Source: a virus (taxonomy: Duplodnaviria > Caudoviricetes). From it: a stretch of 29,435 nucleotides of DNA. The position numbers were made by a program, and so were the translations under genes. Position 1 is the stretch's first letter; each line of letters opens with the position of its first letter. The notes beneath the pieces are model-generated. The model saw nothing but the letters and a program-made list of their open reading frames with translations. It searched no databases and was not told where the DNA came from. Positions 24,859 through 29,435 of the stretch are shown piece by piece. Location of the stretch: IMG/VR virus record IMGVR_UViG_3300043256_000148, positions 1 through 29,435 of that record. The stretch is one strand, 5' to 3'.

Positions 24859-25167
24859 ACCGACCTCCAAGACGCACTCGACCGATGGGATTCGGAACGA
24901 AGTGAACACGTCATACGTCGGCAACGAGGCAGCGACGACGTTGACCTCTTTGTGGAGGCGGCGAGGCTGGTAGCCGATGGGATACCGACATATCTGGTGT
25001 TCACCCGAAACGATGACGTTGAATATTTGGGCCACATTTATCAGGGCAAAGAAGCACAGCGAATGGCAGACAACCCGAATCTGCCTGGCGAGTGGCTAGT
25101 TGTCATCGAACCTCTAGGAGACACCGATGAGCGACCGAACGAGGTATCGCTTGGGAGACCAACATGA
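24841..25167 (+). CDS. Hypothetical protein, EAARLVA family member 1 (108 aa)
   Basis: Start at 24841, 7 nt after TACTAT. ATGA overlap with the next gene. Confidence 0.7.
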   Translation: MADNPSTDLQDALDRWDSERSEHVIRRQRGSDDVDLFVEAARLVADGIPTYLVFTRNDDVEYLGHIYQGKEAQRMADNPNLPGEWLVVIEPLGDTDERPNEVSLGRPT

Positions 25168-25502
25168 AGTTCTATCCGAAAAGCCTTGTTACCCAACTAG
25201 AAGACGCAAAGGCCGACCCGCCAGAATTACAAGAACACATCGACCACTGGGAAACGTGGCTGGCATCAGCACACGGATGCGACTTCGACCATGACACCAT
25301 GCAAGCAATCCTGCATGTGAATGAGGCGGCGAGGCTGGTAGCCAACCTGCTCACTCCCGAAGAAATCAGCGAAATCATCAATTCTCAAACAGTCGAAGAT
25401 GGTTGGTTCAACCCATTCCACGCCCAAGCTGTTCTTCTGACTATCGGCATGGGCGACAAACGATGGTCTCGGAGTATTGACACCGAGAGAGAGCACCGAT
25501 GA
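25164..25502 (+). CDS. Hypothetical protein, EAARLVA family member 2 (112 aa)
   Basis: GGAG RBS. Shares a motif with the previous gene. Confidence 0.75.
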   Translation: MKFYPKSLVTQLEDAKADPPELQEHIDHWETWLASAHGCDFDHDTMQAILHVNEAARLVANLLTPEEISEIINSQTVEDGWFNPFHAQAVLLTIGMGDKRWSRSIDTEREHR

Positions 25503-25708
25503 GTCTGGTAGAGATTCTTATAGGAGTGAGTGTTACCACTGGCACATCAGGGGTCCTCTCTACGAATTACGATAACTGGACCCCAGACCAGCCGCCATAC
25601 CTAACAACAGGCTGGTGGATACCTGGCTGGTGCTATCAGATCGGATGCGTCTATCGCCGCTGGCGAATAAGGCAGCTCGTCCGTAAGATTCTCTCAAACA
25701 CCCAATGA
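25499..25708 (+). CDS. Hypothetical protein (69 aa)
   Basis: ATGA overlap with the upstream gene. Confidence 0.55.
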   Translation: MSLVEILIGVSVTTGTSGVLSTNYDNWTPDQPPYLTTGWWIPGWCYQIGCVYRRWRIRQLVRKILSNTQ

Positions 25709-25727
25709 CTCGACGTGAGGACCCCTG

Positions 25728-25907
25728 ATGAGGAGAGCGAAGGATAGAACCAAGGTCGCCATGATCCGTCTAAGGGATGAATTGTCAGATGTCGCCGTTG
25801 TCGGGATGTTCGTTGAGGTCCGCGAGGGCGAATACGACGGTGCTACCTACGAGCTAATCGAGCAAGTAGATGATGGGACATGGAAGGTGCGCAAGGTTGT
25901 CACATGA
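25728..25907 (+). CDS. Hypothetical protein (59 aa, MRRAKDRTKVAMIRLRDEL...)
   Basis: My translation. GAGG upstream and ATGA overlap into whiB. Confidence 0.6.
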   Translation: MRRAKDRTKVAMIRLRDELSDVAVVGMFVEVREGEYDGATYELIEQVDDGTWKVRKVVT

Positions 25908-26239
25908 GAACAGAGGCCCAGGTCCCCAAATCATCACATGGACCACCGGGGATACCTGGGTCTCGCGCTATCACCAATGATAGCACCCAAATGACCTGGC
26001 GTTCTAACGCCGCCTGTCTCGGCTCTGACCCCGATCTGTTCTTCATCACCCATCCCGGCCGGCGGGGAGGTGTCGCATTGGGAATCACCAAGCCGGCAAT
26101 GAGACTGTGTTCCCGTTGTCCGGTGACCGGTGAATGTCTCTCCTACGCCATGGCGACACCGGAGGGCAAAGACTTTGGGATCTGGGGTGGGATGACGGAG
26201 CGGCTCAGGCTGAGACGAACTAGGATTTCATACTCGTGA
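25904..26239 (+). CDS. whiB: WhiB-family Fe-S transcription regulator (alternative start 25991)
   Basis: W..AAC..DPDLFF, CSRCPVTGEC and GIWGG; all four Cys present. Confidence 0.92.
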   Translation: MRTEAQVPKSSHGPPGIPGSRAITNDSTQMTWRSNAACLGSDPDLFFITHPGRRGGVALGITKPAMRLCSRCPVTGECLSYAMATPEGKDFGIWGGMTERLRLRRTRISYS

Positions 26240-26424
26240 CCACCAAATGGGGCACCACCGATCGTGTCTACTACTGCGAAGTCCATGACTCCATGATCCG
26301 CAAACTGACTGTGGAGTTATCCGACGAGCCTCAGTGTGATTGGGCGTTGGCATCTCACATCCCGTCATTTGTGGAGCCGTGTGTGATAGCAATTATGAAG
26401 CTGGTAGCCGATGGATCAGGCTGA
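26236..26424 (+). CDS. Small CxxHDS Cys-rich protein (62 aa)
   Basis: YYCEVHDS...C...C. GTGA overlap. Confidence 0.65.
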   Translation: MTTKWGTTDRVYYCEVHDSMIRKLTVELSDEPQCDWALASHIPSFVEPCVIAIMKLVADGSG

Positions 26425-26569
26425 GACGGGCTATGACTCTGGTCTGGTGAATCCAACAAGAATCCCCTGGTGGATCTGGCGGCCGATCTGCCGTCTCCTT
26501 GGCCATCGCTGGTATCCGTTCAACCCGGCCGGATGGTCATACTGCCGCTGTAGTCGTCCACTAAGGTAA
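26411..26569 (+). CDS. Small protein with CRLLGHRW motif (DUF1660-like, 52 aa)
   Basis: My translation: MDQAETGYDSGLVNPTRIPWWIWRPICRLLGHRWYPFNPAGWSYCRCSRPLR. Confidence 0.6.
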   Translation: MDQAETGYDSGLVNPTRIPWWIWRPICRLLGHRWYPFNPAGWSYCRCSRPLR

Positions 26570-26622
26570 GGATGAGTTCCCTTGGTCGGGTGCTCAAAAC
26601 ATCGACCCTCCAGGAGACACCG

Positions 26623-26811
26623 ATGAACTTGCCACGACATTGTAAATGTTGGAATGACGGCGGCGTTTGCTGTTATTGCGACTGGGAATACAAAGGTCGG
26701 TGTCTACCGATTAGTCCCGACATTGATTGCAGCCAGACGAGGGAGACATCCATGACCGGGCATAAAAAGAACGACGACCCCCCGGTGATTAGCCGAAGGG
26801 TCGACTATTAG
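26623..26811 (+). CDS. Small Cys-rich protein (62 aa)
   Basis: AGGAG RBS. HCKCW..VCCYC..C..C. Confidence 0.6.
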   Translation: MNLPRHCKCWNDGGVCCYCDWEYKGRCLPISPDIDCSQTRETSMTGHKKNDDPPVISRRVDY

Positions 26812-26940
26812 GCCTATGTCGTTCAGCTTCACCGCCATTCGTGGGCCAGTAAGCAAGTTGGTCCCAGTGAGCATACACACCAGCCGCTCCCATCCAAGAC
26901 CTTTCAGTCTCTTCAAGAAGCGGCTAGTATGGAGGTCATC

Positions 26941-27249
26941 ATGAACCTGACACAGAGCCTAACAGGATGGACGACCACTTGCCCAACCTGCGACGGAGAT
27001 GGTCGAGAATTGGATGACGTCTCAGCGGCTGCTCTAGCCAAAGCCATTGAAGTCGAAGCCGTGGTCAATGAACCCTGTCCCGACTGTGACGGTCGTGGCT
27101 GGATTCTTGACCCCGACCGGCTGGAAGCCGCTACTGCCACCCTCGTGCCGTCTGACACCACCCCGTCCAACACCGCTGAGAAGTGGATGCCGTACTTCCG
27201 GGATAAGGCCGAGGCTGCGCTTCTGGCCTACCTGGAGCCACCGACATGA
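26941..27249 (+). CDS. Protein with two DnaJ-type CxxCxGxG zinc-finger motifs (102 aa)
   Basis: CPTCDGDG and CPDCDGRG. GGAGG RBS. Confidence 0.75.
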   Translation: MNLTQSLTGWTTTCPTCDGDGRELDDVSAAALAKAIEVEAVVNEPCPDCDGRGWILDPDRLEAATATLVPSDTTPSNTAEKWMPYFRDKAEAALLAYLEPPT

Positions 27250-27365
27250 TCCGTGAAGCGGTGAGGCGTGTCTTCTGGGTGGTGGTCATACTGACAGGCT
27301 TTACCTTGGCCGCTGCCCTCGTATGGATTCCATACTTCTACGACTTAGCACAAGGTTTGCCATGA
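27246..27365 (+). CDS. Small single-TM protein (39 aa)
   Basis: My translation: MIREAVRRVFWVVVILTGFTLAAALVWIPYFYDLAQGLP. ATGA overlaps at both ends. Confidence 0.6.
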   Translation: MIREAVRRVFWVVVILTGFTLAAALVWIPYFYDLAQGLP

Positions 27366-27574
27366 TCCGTTCGGTTGAGCTCACTGACAACTCTGTCATC
27401 AAGCGCTGGTACCAATACTCAGTGACGATGCCGGCATGGCTCATCGAGATCGGGGCCCGGCCTCAGATTGACACTGACCACTTCCTCCATGCCATCCGCA
27501 AGGTACCCGCCGAGGTTTCCGGTGTGCCTCTGGACGGGATCGAGCGGCTCCGACGACGACTGAGGCAGCAATGA
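27362..27574 (+). CDS. Hypothetical protein (70 aa)
   Basis: ATGA overlaps at both ends. Confidence 0.6.
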   Translation: MIRSVELTDNSVIKRWYQYSVTMPAWLIEIGARPQIDTDHFLHAIRKVPAEVSGVPLDGIERLRRRLRQQ

Positions 27575-27669
27575 CTTTGGACCGCATCGATGATCATGAA
27601 CAGGCTGCGTTAGACATCTGGCGGATGATTCGAACCGAACGCCGACCCCCAGTCCCGCCTGATGAGTAG
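27571..27669 (+). CDS. Small hypothetical protein (32 aa)
   Basis: GAGG RBS and ATGA overlap. Fills the gap before the transglycosylase. Confidence 0.45.
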   Translation: MTLDRIDDHEQAALDIWRMIRTERRPPVPPDE

Positions 27670-27678
27670 CATGAGACG

Positions 27679-28128
27679 ATGGGATTATCCGGGGTTCTGG
27701 TCTCACTGGCCCTATGCTGGGCGTCTAATGGCTGCGACCCGCCACCGACCTACTACAATGGACTGACCGATGCGCTACGCCATCACCACCAGACGACTGC
27801 TTGGCCAGCGGTCACCGATCAAGTGCTGGTGTGGCAAAGGTTGGTTGAGACCTACTTCCCCGCCTCAGAAGTCGATCGAGCACTATGCATCATCGGTTAC
27901 GAGTCAAGAGGCAACCCGGACGCCAAGAACCCGAGCTCAACGGCGGCTGGTCTATTCCAATTCTTACGAACCACTTGGAATAGCGTCCCCACTTCGGTCA
28001 CCGGCGACAGCTACGACTCGGGCCAAGTCTATGACCCCGAGGCCAACGTGAGAGCGGCGGCATGGCTGCAGGGGAAGTACGGGTGGACCCAATGGGCCCC
28101 GTATAACAACCGGGGGTTGTGCCGGTGA
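27679..28128 (+). CDS. Secreted lytic transglycosylase (SLT/lysozyme-like)
   Basis: YESRGNPDAKN, AAGLFQFL..TW and DPEANVRAA..L..GW.QW motifs. Hydrophobic N-terminus. Confidence 0.85.
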   Translation: MGLSGVLVSLALCWASNGCDPPPTYYNGLTDALRHHHQTTAWPAVTDQVLVWQRLVETYFPASEVDRALCIIGYESRGNPDAKNPSSTAAGLFQFLRTTWNSVPTSVTGDSYDSGQVYDPEANVRAAAWLQGKYGWTQWAPYNNRGLCR

Positions 28129-28307
28129 CTATGCGCGTGCTTGAGGTCGGGTGGACTGAAACCGGCAACAAGCCGCACCTCGTCGACCCAGAGCGCCGTG
28201 GCGAAGACACCTTCTATCCGTTCACTTATTGTGGATGGCCCGCAATACAGACGCGACGTCTCGCCTTGTCTGACGAAGATTCGATATGTCAGAAGTGCCG
28301 CCGGTGA
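28125..28307 (+). CDS. Small Zn-finger-like protein (H...CG...CxxC)
   Basis: KPHLV..TYCG..ICQKC. GTGA overlaps. Confidence 0.65.
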   Translation: MTMRVLEVGWTETGNKPHLVDPERRGEDTFYPFTYCGWPAIQTRRLALSDEDSICQKCRR

Positions 28308-28549
28308 GCGCCGCCTCCCAACCCGAAACCCGACGGGTGGCATCTACAACGCATGCGGCCAAGGTCATCGCTGGTGTTGGGATTAGTGCATTCACCACAC
28401 AGGAGGCTATCCCCTGGTGTACCACTCACGACTCCCAAATCTCCCAAGTCTCCCAAGTCAGACACCTTGGGTGTTTCTCTGCCACACAACCCGGTGTTTG
28501 TGTCTTCTCGACCGGTGGTCCCGACCACAAATGGTGGATGGACACATGA
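28304..28549 (+). CDS. Small CxxHDS Cys-rich protein (81 aa)
   Basis: WCTTHDS...C...C. GTGA overlap. Confidence 0.6.
   Translation: MSAASQPETRRVASTTHAAKVIAGVGISAFTTQEAIPWCTTHDSQISQVSQVRHLGCFSATQPGVCVFSTGGPDHKWWMDT
28432..28459 (+). repeat. 9-bp tandem repeat x3 (CTCCCAAAT/CTCCCAAGT)
   Basis: Seen directly; in frame, encoding SQI-SQV-SQV. Confidence 0.8.
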
Positions 28550-28610
28550 GTACCCATGCCAATATGTGCGCCTACTTGACCATTCCCGGTTCCGACTGCG
28601 ACTGCTCCCA

Positions 28611-29096
28611 ATGACTCTGTGCTCCTGGGAAAACTGCCTCATCCCCCGCGCCGATATCGGAAACGAGATCACTGCCCACGTTCCGCTGTGCTCGCTCCAT
28701 CAATTCCGCCTCTTTGAGATCGTCTCCCGTGACGCCTCCAATTGGGAGTCCCTGCTTCGTTGGGAACAACGCTGGTGTCACCATGTCTACTTCATCCCTT
28801 CCCCCGTAGTAGGTCGGGTCAAGATCGGATACTCCACGTCAATTGCCCGCCGCACCGAGGATTACCGTCGTGATGGGTTCGACATCTCAGCGATCGTCAC
28901 CGCTCGGGGCTCACAGGAAATAGAGCAGGAGATCCACGCTCTGTTCAGTGACCTGGCGCTCGGTGGTGAGTACTTCACTGACGACCCTGCCATCTGGGTT
29001 CTTGCCGGTGACCTGAAAGCAGCTGGCACCTCGTTACCTGACCTGGAGCACGCTTTGATGAGATCCCGAACCGCCTACCAGTTGGTGCCTCCCTGA
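28611..29096 (+). CDS. GIY-YIG (T5orf172/MUG113-like) domain protein with N-terminal Cys/His cluster
   Basis: VYFI...VKIGYS...RR...EQEIHALF...GEYF motif. Start at ATG 28611 (ATGA junction) preferred over the ORF-track start. Confidence 0.8.
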   Translation: MTLCSWENCLIPRADIGNEITAHVPLCSLHQFRLFEIVSRDASNWESLLRWEQRWCHHVYFIPSPVVGRVKIGYSTSIARRTEDYRRDGFDISAIVTARGSQEIEQEIHALFSDLALGGEYFTDDPAIWVLAGDLKAAGTSLPDLEHALMRSRTAYQLVPP

Positions 29097-29435
29097 ACCG
29101 AACCCACAGGCATCAGAGTGCTAGAGCGTTGACGGAGTGACCCGGAGGTAGAGGCCCGCCCGTCTAGTACCGCCCAACCGCCACAAGAGCCAGCGGAAAC
29201 CGGGTGAGAGAGAAAAAACCAGAATGACCCAATGTGGGGCGGCGATGCTATTCGGGAATCTGACCACAAGCGATCCGACCTCCACACCGAAGACGGTGCT
29301 CGGATCGCACTCAACCAGAAACCGAAGACACCAAGATCCACCTATGACGAGTGGAGCCCCGTCCGAAGGGTACCCACGAGAGTGGACAGGGGGTTGACCA
29401 CAGGGTGACCACTCAACCCTAACCCTCAAGTAGAG

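Larger units (their letters stand above)
1..29435. mobile_element. Siphovirus-type actinobacteriophage or prophage segment
   Basis: Canonical terminase-portal-protease-capsid-connector-tail-lysis gene order on the minus strand. Divergent small-gene region with WhiB. No host housekeeping genes. att sites or genome ends not visible. Confidence 0.95.

Noticed and set aside
25759-27371. CATGATCCG recurring four times
   Set aside because: Short, and partly forced by ATGA overlaps and Met-Ile-Arg codons. It also occurs antisense in the portal gene; significance cannot be shown.
28353-28610. N-terminal extension of the 247-aa ORF
   Set aside because: Overlaps the better-supported 28304-28549 gene. 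The ATG at 28611 fits the overlap pattern.
1-29435. tRNA genes, integrase/att sites, stop-codon recoding
   Set aside because: No cloverleaf or integrase motifs seen. Genes pack tightly under the standard code with TGA, TAA and TAG all used as stops.

Overview
The window is about 29 kb of a tailed dsDNA phage or prophage of siphovirus type with an HK97-like head module. The host is most likely an actinobacterium: the phage encodes WhiB and an r1t-type holin, is GC-rich, and has apparent leaderless genes. Bases ~676-24818 form a minus-strand block running HTH protein, candidate terS, four intervening genes including VRR-NUC, terL, DNA methyltransferase with an inserted HTH, portal, Clp protease, major capsid, a long cluster of probable head accessory genes, head-tail connectors, two tail-tube paralogues, chaperone, tape measure, minor tail proteins, collagen-tailed endolysin, coiled-coil membrane protein and holin. 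A separate SigA-type promoter cassette follows at the left end. Bases 24841-29096 form a plus-strand block of small, often Cys-rich ORFs plus WhiB, a lytic transglycosylase and a GIY-YIG/T5orf172-type protein. The most notable signals are a 22-bp palindromic divergence point, a thrice-repeated putative late-promoter motif, repeated stop/RBS junctions between terS and terL, and several paralogue pairs. No integrase, tRNA, CRISPR array or DGR was seen. Many starts were revised from the ORF track using ATGA/GTGA overlaps and RBSs. All family assignments come from motif recognition, not database searches.
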